A stretch of 64,000 bases of DNA from a virus, in the IMG/VR virus record IMGVR_UViG_3300019752_000004, positions 18,850 through 82,849 of that record. One strand, written 5' to 3'. Position 1 is the first letter of the stretch. Each line of letters opens with the position of its first letter. Below, piece after piece: positions 46,524 through 55,345 of this stretch. The notes under the pieces were generated by a model. It searched no databases, was not told the origin of the DNA, and saw nothing but the letters and a program-made list of their open reading frames with translations. The position numbers were made by a program, and so were the translations under genes.

Positions 46524-47694
46524 TATTATCTACGTGCATAGGCATATCAGAATAAACTAGTTCATAAGGAATATTTTTCATTCCCATTGTGCGAATGATA
46601 TTCTGATATGTATATTCATCAGATTTCCCCATTGTAATTACAGTAAGATCATTAGGTTTAAACTGCAAAGCAAGTGAGTTGTAAATCAGGTCACAGCTTG
46701 TTTCAAATTCATCTGTTTCATACATGTATTTGCTTACAACCCCACATACATATTCATCAGTAGGTACATGATTACATTGCATGCTGACAATACATTTTCT
46801 GCCGTCCAGATGGACTACAATATGAGTCTGAAAATTGTCCTCAGAGTCATATGAAACCACACTTTCATCAAATTCAGGATTAAATTCACAATCTACATGT
46901 TTATAATGATCTGTGGTATTTTCAAATAGGGTTTTACATGTTTCCGGTTCATAATCACCTAATTTGATTTCCTTAACGTTATCTACACTAGATGAATCCA
47001 CATCATATGCTGATTTATAAATCCATGTTGGTGTTACTACATCATATCTGGACAACACCACATATTTAGTTCCATGATCAACATTAGGTTTAATTTTATT
47101 TTTAATGTCTTTGATGATTCCAGCAAATCCAGTTTTTTCTTCTGGTACATGTATTTTAAAGCGAACACCAATCTTTTGTCCAAGTACATTGCAGATAGTC
47201 TTTAGACGGGTATCAGGAATGCCTGTAAGGGTCATTACATTGACATTAGCTAGTTTGATACCTTCTACGATGTTTTCATCAATCTCACGCTGAAAATCAG
47301 AATCAGTTGAACGAACTCCATCATCATCTAAAAGGAATTCAATTGGAAGTCTAAAGATATAATCATACTTTTTCATGTTGGATTGTAATGCACTGATGAC
47401 ATCATCCATTACTTCCTGACTGATATTACCACGGTCATATGAATATTTTGTGTATGCATATCCATCAAGTAGCGTGCGATCCAGAATAACATGTTCTTCA
47501 TCATTCAGATACATCAACTGTTTTTCGAGAATGGCTTTCTGTGTTTCATCATCACCATCCTGATTGATTTTAATACCCTCGGTAGAAAGCTGACGTGCAA
47601 TAGATGGATTAAAATTAAATCCAGTTTTTTCAGCCAGCATTTCAATGATAGTGGTTTTCCCTGTTCCGTGTGCGCCTGTAAAACCTATTTTCAT
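46516..47694 (-). CDS. AAA_28-type P-loop nucleotide kinase fused to a degenerate QueF-like domain
   Basis: FTGAHGTGKTT, ILDRTLLDG, DDGVR; C-terminal ETSCDLIYNSL..QFKPNDLTV...NIIRT. Confidence 0.7.
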   Translation of the reverse strand: MKIGFTGAHGTGKTTIIEMLAEKTGFNFNPSIARQLSTEGIKINQDGDDETQKAILEKQLMYLNDEEHVILDRTLLDGYAYTKYSYDRGNISQEVMDDVISALQSNMKKYDYIFRLPIEFLLDDDGVRSTDSDFQREIDENIVEGIKLANVNVMTLTGIPDTRLKTICNVLGQKIGVRFKIHVPEEKTGFAGIIKDIKNKIKPNVDHGTKYVVLSRYDVVTPTWIYKSAYDVDSSSVDNVKEIKLGDYEPETCKTLFENTTDHYKHVDCEFNPEFDESVVSYDSEDNFQTHIVVHLDGRKCIVSMQCNHVPTDEYVCGVVSKYMYETDEFETSCDLIYNSLALQFKPNDLTVITMGKSDEYTYQNIIRTMGMKNIPYELVYSDMPMHVDNID

Positions 47695-47696
47695 TT

Positions 47697-48683
47697 TTAT
47701 CCTTTATGTTTTCGTACTGCTTTAATGTCATATAACGAGAAATTATTGAATTCTTCTTTAATAATTTCTTGAATATTATTTCTTACTATACCTTTTAAAA
47801 TATAATAATTCCACACCCCATCATCGAATGTAACTTCTACAATGAAATCGTGTGGTATATGGTCACACATACATTTAAATGTTTCCAATGCGTACCAGAT
47901 ATCATCTGCAAACCCAGAATTGAGCGGATAATCAGACGGTAATGGAATAGTTGGGGGATATACTGGGCAAAATTCAATATCATACACCAATTTTGATTGT
48001 GTGTCATCAAGTTCCATAAGGTCAACTGAATTAGATTCAATACCAACATGTTTTCGTACTGCTTTAATGGTATAGCTTGTTGCATTTGGAATTGTATTAA
48101 ACATTTCGCCAATTTTACCTTTAGCATCTTTAAAAATGTAATAACTCAAACTCCCGCATGATAGTGACACTTCTACAATGTAATCAAGATTTTTATATTT
48201 ATCACCTTCTGGAAGATTAAACGATCCCCATTCATACCACATATCATCTTCTAATTCATAATCAGACGGAACGGGTGTAATTTTACAATTGAAATATTTC
48301 TGACTTGGTAATAATTCAATACTATCCTTATATGCATCATCGCCAGATTGAGTGTCACTAAGTTCCATAACGTCAACCGAATTTGGTTTAAGTTCTGACA
48401 CTAATGGAACCCCACAAATCATAGAATTAAATTCTTCACGGTCAAGTTCCTTTCCCCGTGATTTCATCTCATTCTTCATAGCACTATACAGGTAGTTTCC
48501 AATCTTTCTCAAATCCTTTGAAAGATCATCATGTTTTGAAAACCATCTGTAAAGATATTTAAAAACCTGTTGATGACTGAATCCAAAATGTGGATTGTCA
48601 TGCATGAAATTAATGATGTCATTACCATTTCTACACTTATGATAATGATTGTCCTGTTTGTCTGTGATATCAGTTTCTTTCAA
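47697..48683 (-). CDS. hypothetical protein with a ~115-aa tandem internal duplication
   Basis: TTG start after AAGGAG; repeats NSVDxMELxDTQS...PSDY...IVEV...YYI.K...IKAVRKH. Confidence 0.7.
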   Translation of the reverse strand: MKETDITDKQDNHYHKCRNGNDIINFMHDNPHFGFSHQQVFKYLYRWFSKHDDLSKDLRKIGNYLYSAMKNEMKSRGKELDREEFNSMICGVPLVSELKPNSVDVMELSDTQSGDDAYKDSIELLPSQKYFNCKITPVPSDYELEDDMWYEWGSFNLPEGDKYKNLDYIVEVSLSCGSLSYYIFKDAKGKIGEMFNTIPNATSYTIKAVRKHVGIESNSVDLMELDDTQSKLVYDIEFCPVYPPTIPLPSDYPLNSGFADDIWYALETFKCMCDHIPHDFIVEVTFDDGVWNYYILKGIVRNNIQEIIKEEFNNFSLYDIKAVRKHKG

Positions 48684-48822
48684 TATCAGTCTCCTTTTCA
48701 AGTTGTTCTCGCATTCTAAGAATTGCACGTCTACATAATGTACAAAGTACTGGTTCATTACAAATAGTTTGTACTGGCGTTAGTTCTCTACACACAAAAC
48801 ACATTTTAGAATAATTACTCAT
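48670..48822 (-). CDS. small Zn-finger protein (50 aa, not in the ORF track)
   Basis: MSNYSKMCFVCREL...LCTLCRRAI; fills the gap after ligase. Confidence 0.55.
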   Translation of the reverse strand: MSNYSKMCFVCRELTPVQTICNEPVLCTLCRRAILRMREQLEKETDIERN

Positions 48823-48824
48823 AA

Positions 48825-50204
48825 CTACACCTTAAACTGTTTAGCGTTTTCAAAATCCTCAAAAATGTGTTTGAGATCATCAGCCATATCTTTATCATTA
48901 CGGATTTCTACGAACCGTGGAAGATACAATGTATATGTACCTTCATCTGATTGCAAGATATTATTGTATCTGGCAGTGAATATCTGACCTTTAAAGTATT
49001 CACGATTGTCATTCATAGCCTTACGCATTTTATCCGTGATACCACTACATGTGCCAGACACAAGTCCATCACTAGATTCATACATGATAGAGCCAACTGT
49101 TCCTTCATATTTACCTTTACCTTCTTCAAATCCTGTAATCATAACTTCTGATTCAGCAATAATTTTAAATTTGATTTGATATGGTGTACCAGTGCTTGTG
49201 TTATGTTTCCAAGGTCCATCAGGGTCTTTTAAAACTGTACCTTCTTCGCCATCTTCAACTGCATGCGTGAAATAAATAGCAGCATCTTCAATAGACCTTA
49301 CAATATTATTGGTTGGGAAACTGATAATACTTTCACGTTCGTTAATAGGCAATTTAACCATATTTTCATAACGTTCTTTATACGGTGTTTTATCTAATCC
49401 AGCTTCCCAGCATTTAATATCAATCATATCCCATATGGTGAAATTAATGGTGTATCTGGTATGACCATTTTCATCTGGAACGAATCCTGTATCATCACCA
49501 TATTCAAATTTCATGAGTTTGCCGTTTCCATCTTCACGCACAAGAATTTCATTATTAAGATTATCCCATACAGTGAGTTCACCTGTGTATACTTTTCCTT
49601 CGGCAAATCCATCTACACGATCCATGATATACTGTGTAATACGTGGCCACGGTATACCATATCGACTTGTCATGATGGTAGGTCTGTCTTCATACACTTT
49701 GTGATTACCAAACTTACCATCCATTTTAATTTGAGAATAGAATCCTTTTTCAAGATTGGCCTTTCCCAAATTCTTTTTACTGGCATTCTGACATCTGGAA
49801 TATGATTCAATATGAATGAGGTCTTCAAAAACTTCATTGATGAGAGCAACACCTACACCAACTCCAAGATTGCGGTTGAAAATCAGGTTGATGAGTTTCT
49901 GTTCATCTGGTGTTAGTGTAGTGCACAAATCATTTACATATTCAATAGCATCGTTTCCAGTCTTTTTACGACCATACAGTGTATCTACAAATTCCTGAAT
50001 TGTCTGTTTGTCAAGAATTTTATCACCATGTTCTTCTGGTAAACTGTATTTGCTGATATGATATACAATACTTGGATCACACACAGCACTGAGGAAGGTT
50101 TTAATACCCTCTATATCAGACCACGCTTTGAGAACATCTAATTTACGAGCCTTACTACCTGCACCAGTATGTTGTCCAAGTTCTTTGATTAGATCACTAA
50201 ACAT
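48825..50204 (-). CDS. 30: ATP-dependent DNA ligase gp30
   Basis: QIKMDG (KxDG), GEL, WD, GEEGTVLK, KFK, G.GKY.G..G, LYLPRF..IR.DK. Confidence 0.95.
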   Translation of the reverse strand: MFSDLIKELGQHTGAGSKARKLDVLKAWSDIEGIKTFLSAVCDPSIVYHISKYSLPEEHGDKILDKQTIQEFVDTLYGRKKTGNDAIEYVNDLCTTLTPDEQKLINLIFNRNLGVGVGVALINEVFEDLIHIESYSRCQNASKKNLGKANLEKGFYSQIKMDGKFGNHKVYEDRPTIMTSRYGIPWPRITQYIMDRVDGFAEGKVYTGELTVWDNLNNEILVREDGNGKLMKFEYGDDTGFVPDENGHTRYTINFTIWDMIDIKCWEAGLDKTPYKERYENMVKLPINERESIISFPTNNIVRSIEDAAIYFTHAVEDGEEGTVLKDPDGPWKHNTSTGTPYQIKFKIIAESEVMITGFEEGKGKYEGTVGSIMYESSDGLVSGTCSGITDKMRKAMNDNREYFKGQIFTARYNNILQSDEGTYTLYLPRFVEIRNDKDMADDLKHIFEDFENAKQFKV

Positions 50205-50665
50205 TATTTTACCTCATTTACATATGCGTTTGCAAACATTTCTGGTGAAATTTGTCTGGCAATATGATTTGAATTAAAAGGTACAATATATTTCCAGACA
50301 GATGAAACAGGATTGTTAGGCGTTATAACATTAACTCCGTCACAAATATCTGTAACACGTGCAGGGTATGGAAACGTTCCGTTTTTAATTTCAACATCAC
50401 CGAAAACCGTAACCACATCATTTACTTTGAAAGGGCATGGTTTTGCATAAGCAGATTCTGGAATTTCAAATTCATTCCAGAATAAAGATGGACTATTATG
50501 TGCATCTAACATGAAACCTTCAAGGGTGTATTCTTCACATGGTGTGGTGTTATCATCAAACGAAACTTCAATCTGATATACAGCATGTTCTTCAATAGCA
50601 ACAATTACACCCCATCCATTCAACACACACCACACCTTATCACCGACTTTAGCATTTTTGAACAT
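50204..50665 (-). CDS. hypothetical protein
   Basis: MFKNAKVGDKVW...GWG...PSLFW.E motif. Confidence 0.65.
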   Translation of the reverse strand: MFKNAKVGDKVWCVLNGWGVIVAIEEHAVYQIEVSFDDNTTPCEEYTLEGFMLDAHNSPSLFWNEFEIPESAYAKPCPFKVNDVVTVFGDVEIKNGTFPYPARVTDICDGVNVITPNNPVSSVWKYIVPFNSNHIARQISPEMFANAYVNEVK

Positions 50666-50675
50666 AATAATTATC

Positions 50676-50873
50676 CTACTGTTTATTAGGCCAGAGTACT
50701 ACATCAGCCTGACCAGTCCATACGAGATAAACACAACGACATTTAAGACCAAAACTAGACATTCCCATTGGTCTTGCTGGAACCCATTCATTTTTGAGTC
50801 TACCAGCAGTCTTTTCACCAGTTTCACAATACTTCATCAGGTCTTTAAGGCTCCAGATACTACAATATTTCAT
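50676..50873 (-). CDS. small hypothetical protein
   Basis: WVPARPMG...VWTG.AD...WP motif; GGAG RBS. Confidence 0.6.
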   Translation of the reverse strand: MKYCSIWSLKDLMKYCETGEKTAGRLKNEWVPARPMGMSSFGLKCRCVYLVWTGQADVVLWPNKQ

Positions 50874-50881
50874 TTACACTC

Positions 50882-51136
50882 CTATTCGGACATTCTGATA
50901 ACGTCCTGTTCTTTAATAAATTCACCGATACCATATATATTATGACCACATGTTCTACACATGACTACCACGAATCCATGCTCATTGCAAACATGAATAT
51001 CAGTCCTAGATAAACAATCTGGACAATAATATATAGGCTTCTGTGATCTAATTGTTTTGATAGGTAGCCATCTACGCATTAAATATACTAAAACAACTAG
51101 AACTATCAAAACAATTAGATGTCCTGTTATTGACAT
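50882..51136 (-). CDS. small membrane-anchored Zn-ribbon protein
   Basis: N-terminal TM; YCPDC...CRTCG. Confidence 0.55.
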   Translation of the reverse strand: MSITGHLIVLIVLVVLVYLMRRWLPIKTIRSQKPIYYCPDCLSRTDIHVCNEHGFVVVMCRTCGHNIYGIGEFIKEQDVIRMSE

Positions 51137-52947
51137 AACCACTTTTTCCTTTCATCCGCCATCTTAGGGTCAAATGCAAGTTTAAGGCTATCTACATCTT
51201 CATCATCTTTAAATGTAATTGGTTCAAAACATTCAGGGTTATCAAGATATCTTTTGATATTACTATGTCCACCTAAACCTTTTACATAAATATGATCTCC
51301 TTTGACACCATGTTTCTTAACATAATCATTGTACTCTTCTACCGTATAAAAATCAATCAATTTATTTCGATGACTAACTTTAACAATAGGCGTCTGAAAT
51401 ACGACAATAATTTTCATATCAAACAGTTCAGGCCAGAATCTATAAAACATATTATACATTAGACCTCTGATATGCATACCATCTGGATCAGCATCAGTTG
51501 CAATACAGATTCTACCGTATCGTAGTTTCTTGACATCAACAGGTTTACCCACTTCCAAACCAAGTATCTTTACAATATTCTGAAATTCTTTATTAGATAG
51601 AACCTTTTTTAAAGCTGTTCCCTCTACAGATATAGGTTTACCCTTCAATGGATATACACCATGTTTTTCTGGATCACGTTCAGCAATAATAGGTTTAGCT
51701 GCACTATCGCCCTCGGTGAAGAATATAGAGCATAGACTACGGTCCCGACAATTAGCAGTTTCATATTTATCAATACGGATTACATTAGATGTATTGGTCT
51801 TAGCAAGCTTTCTGGCTTCTGCGAGTTCATCCTGTCGTTGTTTGCGTTCAGCCCATTCAATGAGATTGTCAACTATTTTAGATTTTAAAATCTTCTTAAT
51901 AGTCTTTTCTGAAACACAGGGTTTGATTCCATAGTTTTTGGGTTCAGTTTCTAAATGTTCTTTAGTCTGACTATTGTACCTAGGATTATTGATAGTGAGA
52001 TCACCAATCAACATAAAATGATTTTTAATCTCAGATGGTTTTATATCCTGTTTAGTTTTCTTCTTAATGAATGCACGTACAGGACCAACAATCTGATTCA
52101 TAATATAATCAATATGTGTACCACCATTATACACCCTAGTACTGTTTACAAATGTGATTTGCTCAAACCCATTTGATGAAGGTGCAAATGCTAGATTCCA
52201 ATCACCAGACTCGTACACAAAATCATCTACATACAATGACACAAAACTTTTAAAGTCATGCTTGATATGTTTACCATTAAAAATAAATTTGATATCTGGT
52301 GAGGTTGCAGCAAATTCATGTACACGGTTTTCCAGCAATTTTAGTGTGTCATTGGTCATTGATTTCATTCCAAACTGTTCATAATCTGGAATGTATGTGA
52401 TAGTTGTATATTTGAGTGATGATTTCTTAGGTTTATATTTATGACCTGATTTAATTCTCATGTTATCAGACCATTTCAATGAAATCATATTCTTGCCATC
52501 AGCAGTTTCGACACTGAAATTATTTGAAAATACATTGACTAGACTAGCACCCTCACCATTCTGTCCTGTACTAACACTATCGTCATCATCATCAAAGTTT
52601 GATCCAGCACGCAATTCACCAAAAATCATTTCAGGTACATATTGTTTATATTCTGGATGCATCACAACTGGAATCCCACCATTGTCAGTGACAGTAATAG
52701 AATTTAAAACCATACTGACATTGATATCAACTTTATTCAGGTGCTGTCCTTCATCAGTTTTTGAGAAATCTACACAGTTAGATACGATTTCATCAAACAG
52801 TTTTAAAAATGCTGGTGTATATGTACGTTCATGTAATCCAAAAACAGTTTTAATATTTTCTGTCTTCGGTGTAGTTGATCCAATGTATCTTGATGGACGT
52901 AATAATATATGTGAAATTTCATCCAGTTTTTTATATTTTTCTACCAT
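51127..52947 (-). CDS. 39: DNA topoisomerase II large subunit (gp39+60; GyrB/ParE-like), unsplit
   Basis: HILLRP..YIGS, DNGGIP, GSNFDD, GQNGEG, TEGDSA, PLKGK, TDADPDG.HI, KGLG. Confidence 0.96.
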   Translation of the reverse strand: MVEKYKKLDEISHILLRPSRYIGSTTPKTENIKTVFGLHERTYTPAFLKLFDEIVSNCVDFSKTDEGQHLNKVDINVSMVLNSITVTDNGGIPVVMHPEYKQYVPEMIFGELRAGSNFDDDDDSVSTGQNGEGASLVNVFSNNFSVETADGKNMISLKWSDNMRIKSGHKYKPKKSSLKYTTITYIPDYEQFGMKSMTNDTLKLLENRVHEFAATSPDIKFIFNGKHIKHDFKSFVSLYVDDFVYESGDWNLAFAPSSNGFEQITFVNSTRVYNGGTHIDYIMNQIVGPVRAFIKKKTKQDIKPSEIKNHFMLIGDLTINNPRYNSQTKEHLETEPKNYGIKPCVSEKTIKKILKSKIVDNLIEWAERKQRQDELAEARKLAKTNTSNVIRIDKYETANCRDRSLCSIFFTEGDSAAKPIIAERDPEKHGVYPLKGKPISVEGTALKKVLSNKEFQNIVKILGLEVGKPVDVKKLRYGRICIATDADPDGMHIRGLMYNMFYRFWPELFDMKIIVVFQTPIVKVSHRNKLIDFYTVEEYNDYVKKHGVKGDHIYVKGLGGHSNIKRYLDNPECFEPITFKDDEDVDSLKLAFDPKMADERKKWLCQ

Positions 52948-53004
52948 TGTATTCCTTAATAAGTTATTTGTACACTCACATAGTCTAAATTCACACAGAA
53001 ATGT

Positions 53005-53072
53005 GGTTCTAACGCATTCTAAAGGGTTTTAGATACTATGAGTCATATTCCTATTTAGAATGCGTTAGAATC
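53005..53072. repeat. 68-bp inverted-repeat element (family D), copy 2
   Basis: TTCTAACGCATTCTAAA-N30-TTTAGAATGCGTTAGAA, same spacing as 18630-18697. Confidence 0.85.
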
Positions 53073-53152
53073 GGTTTAAACGTAATTGTGCTGATATCGA
53101 ATAACATTTCATTAATGACACTATATAGCAATTTCAAGTTTATAATCTGGTC

Positions 53153-53410
53153 TCATCTTACACACTCGTTTTCAGTTTGGTGTAAGATTTTACACACATT
53201 TCCATCATTCACAATTTCAGTAATTGTGATATCCTTTGATTGCCAATATACATTGTCAGTTCTAGACAGTGAGTGAATATATTCTACTGTCATAGGTTGT
53301 TCAAGACAAATACCAAGTGCTTCGTTGCTCGTGTTCGCCTGTACTACATATACAGATGAATATTGATCATAACCTTTGTACGCATTACATTCACAATAAT
53401 AAGTTTTCAT
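53153..53410 (-). CDS. hypothetical protein
   Basis: AGGAG RBS; TTGACA-N17-TAAAGA promoter (53461-53489) and hairpin 53434-53459 upstream. Confidence 0.65.
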   Translation of the reverse strand: MKTYYCECNAYKGYDQYSSVYVVQANTSNEALGICLEQPMTVEYIHSLSRTDNVYWQSKDITITEIVNDGNVCKILHQTENECVR

Positions 53411-53497
53411 TTCATTCTCCTAAAATTAAAAATCCCTGTAAGACAATTCTTACAGGGACATCTTTACACAACCAATACATGATTGTCAAATTTAAAT

Positions 53498-53980
53498 TCA
53501 GGTATTTTCTTCTTTTTTATTTTTCTTGCCGAAAAGTTTCCATGCAGTTGCAAATAAAATGGATAGACCAACTACTTTACCATACTGCTGGATGAAAGTC
53601 TTTTTATTAGACTTGATCCATTTTTCAGCATCTTTAGATTTTGGTGCAGCTTCCATGATAGTGTGTTCGTGGATTGCAACCATAGCACCAGTTTTATTAT
53701 TACTGATGAACATCTGACCATTTTTGCGCATAGATTTTTTCATAGCATCTCTCAGACCTTCATCTGTCACATAATTAGTCCATCTACTATATTTTGAACG
53801 ACCATTACGCATTTTATCATAATTCTCTTCATCTAAATCATATTGGTCATAACATCCAAATCGTTTACGGGTCCAACCCATTGTTTTCGGTGTTGTTGCT
53901 ATACTGTCGCCAGTCTGATTAATAGGTGGATCATCTTCTTCTATCTGCTGTTCGACTAGAAAATCATGAAATGTTTTCAT
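53498..53980 (-). CDS. probable capsid-internal protein
   Basis: MKTFHDFLVE resembles the T4 capsid-targeting sequence; C-terminal WIK.NK..F..QYG....ILFATAWK. Confidence 0.6.
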   Translation of the reverse strand: MKTFHDFLVEQQIEEDDPPINQTGDSIATTPKTMGWTRKRFGCYDQYDLDEENYDKMRNGRSKYSRWTNYVTDEGLRDAMKKSMRKNGQMFISNNKTGAMVAIHEHTIMEAAPKSKDAEKWIKSNKKTFIQQYGKVVGLSILFATAWKLFGKKNKKEENT

Positions 53981-54345
53981 TGTAATTCCTTTCTGATTCT
54001 TGATACAATATTCATATCAATTTTATCATTGTATTGAATCCCATATTTGTTAGGAAATCTATACATACCTATCAAGACAGATTTTAATTTTGAATGATTA
54101 TCATCACTGATTCTTAGGAATAAAATGTGGATTGCGGCATGTTGTTCAAATACATTGAAAAATGATATGATGTAATTAATGAGAATCCTGACGTTGAAAT
54201 CAGGATTCTCAATTCTGTTCAATGATTTCTGAATTTGAGCCGTCTTTTTTAAATCTGACTCAAATTCAGTTCTTGTAGAACACACACTGTTATAGTGTAT
54301 AACAGCATATTCGTAAAGTGTGTCCTTATTTAGATTGCTCATCAA
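53977..54345 (-). CDS. conserved T4-supergroup hypothetical protein
   Basis: L......YA..HY......EF..DLK....RILINYII.F.NVF. Confidence 0.7.
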   Translation of the reverse strand: MMSNLNKDTLYEYAVIHYNSVCSTRTEFESDLKKTAQIQKSLNRIENPDFNVRILINYIISFFNVFEQHAAIHILFLRISDDNHSKLKSVLIGMYRFPNKYGIQYNDKIDMNIVSRIRKELQ

Positions 54346-54766
54346 GGATTTTGGTGATCAAATCAGTTTTGGAATTGTCCTTTACACCATATTTTTTGCC
54401 GATTTCTCTTAATTCGCCCATTTTCATGTCTTCGAGACTTTCAGCAGTGTACAATTCCTCTACGACCTCAGTTTCTACATCATCTTCTAAGATTTCTACG
54501 AGTTCTTCATATTCATCTAAGATTTCATCAGATTCTACAGGTTCTTCAACAACTGTCTCTGATTCTTCAATGACAGTTTCCTGAACATCATCAATTTCAG
54601 GTGTTTCATCAACTTCATCTACTTGTCGCTCCAGCAGGTCTTTAAGTCCTTTAATAGAATTTAACAGTTCGGTATTACCATTGTGTAAAACAGCTTCCCA
54701 ACCTCTATTGGTTGCAATGACTTCTTTAGCATATTTACACACTGGTTTTTCCAGTGTCATAGACAT
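54326..54766 (-). CDS. acidic late protein with C-terminal Rho-N/HeH-like motif
   Basis: IATNRGW..ELL; LEDMKMGELREIGKKYGV...KTDLITKI; TATAAATA + AAGGAG upstream. Confidence 0.6.
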   Translation of the reverse strand: MSMTLEKPVCKYAKEVIATNRGWEAVLHNGNTELLNSIKGLKDLLERQVDEVDETPEIDDVQETVIEESETVVEEPVESDEILDEYEELVEILEDDVETEVVEELYTAESLEDMKMGELREIGKKYGVKDNSKTDLITKILDEQSK

Positions 54767-54784
54767 ATATTGTCTCCTTTTCTT

Positions 54785-55345
54785 TTATTTATAATCTCCT
54801 AGAGTTCCATATTTCCAATATTTAGGCCCATTATAAATTTTCCACTGTTCATTGATGAATCCACATGTATTGTGTTCTGGACATGCATTATTGCGATACA
54901 CGCATTCAGGAACCATTCTATCAGCCAGATATTTGTCTACGGGTTCCATCTGTATTTTAATATAACGCAGAACCTTGATAGTTTCAATATGTGCCTGTTT
55001 ACACAATCGTTTACGACCAATGTTGATTACAGCATGTGCATTTAAAAACATAGTATGATTTACGGGTTGCATACGACCAGCATCACCAGTATATCCTACT
55101 CTATCTTCTCTATTAGATTTCACAAAGTGTTCTACACCGATATTATGACGTACAAGGTGTGTAGATACAAATGTAGGAATATTTTTCATCTTGATAGTGA
55201 ACATCTGAGTTCTGATAGGACTATGTTCAGCCAACAACAGCTTATCATAGATTTTAGTTGCATCTACCATATCTTTATTAAGAGTTGTTGCACATGCAGT
55301 ACAGAATTCTTCCATTCCAGTGTGTTTAATTACTTCAATTTCCAA
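54785..55345 (-). CDS. thyX: ThyX-like flavin-dependent thymidylate synthase family protein (divergent)
   Basis: EHSPIR, VSTHLVRH...SNR, N...IN..RKRLC.QA, VPECVYR..CPE. Confidence 0.7.
   Translation of the reverse strand: MEIEVIKHTGMEEFCTACATTLNKDMVDATKIYDKLLLAEHSPIRTQMFTIKMKNIPTFVSTHLVRHNIGVEHFVKSNREDRVGYTGDAGRMQPVNHTMFLNAHAVINIGRKRLCKQAHIETIKVLRYIKIQMEPVDKYLADRMVPECVYRNNACPEHNTCGFINEQWKIYNGPKYWKYGTLGDYK

Noticed and set aside
43719-52947. Introns, inteins or a gene-60-type translational bypass in gp43, ligase or gp39
   Set aside because: ORFs are continuous and of normal length; no intein or homing-endonuclease motifs seen.
566-52947. Topoisomerase subunits ~50 kb apart on opposite strands
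   Set aside because: Genes 39 and 52 are also unlinked in T4; not remarkable on its own.
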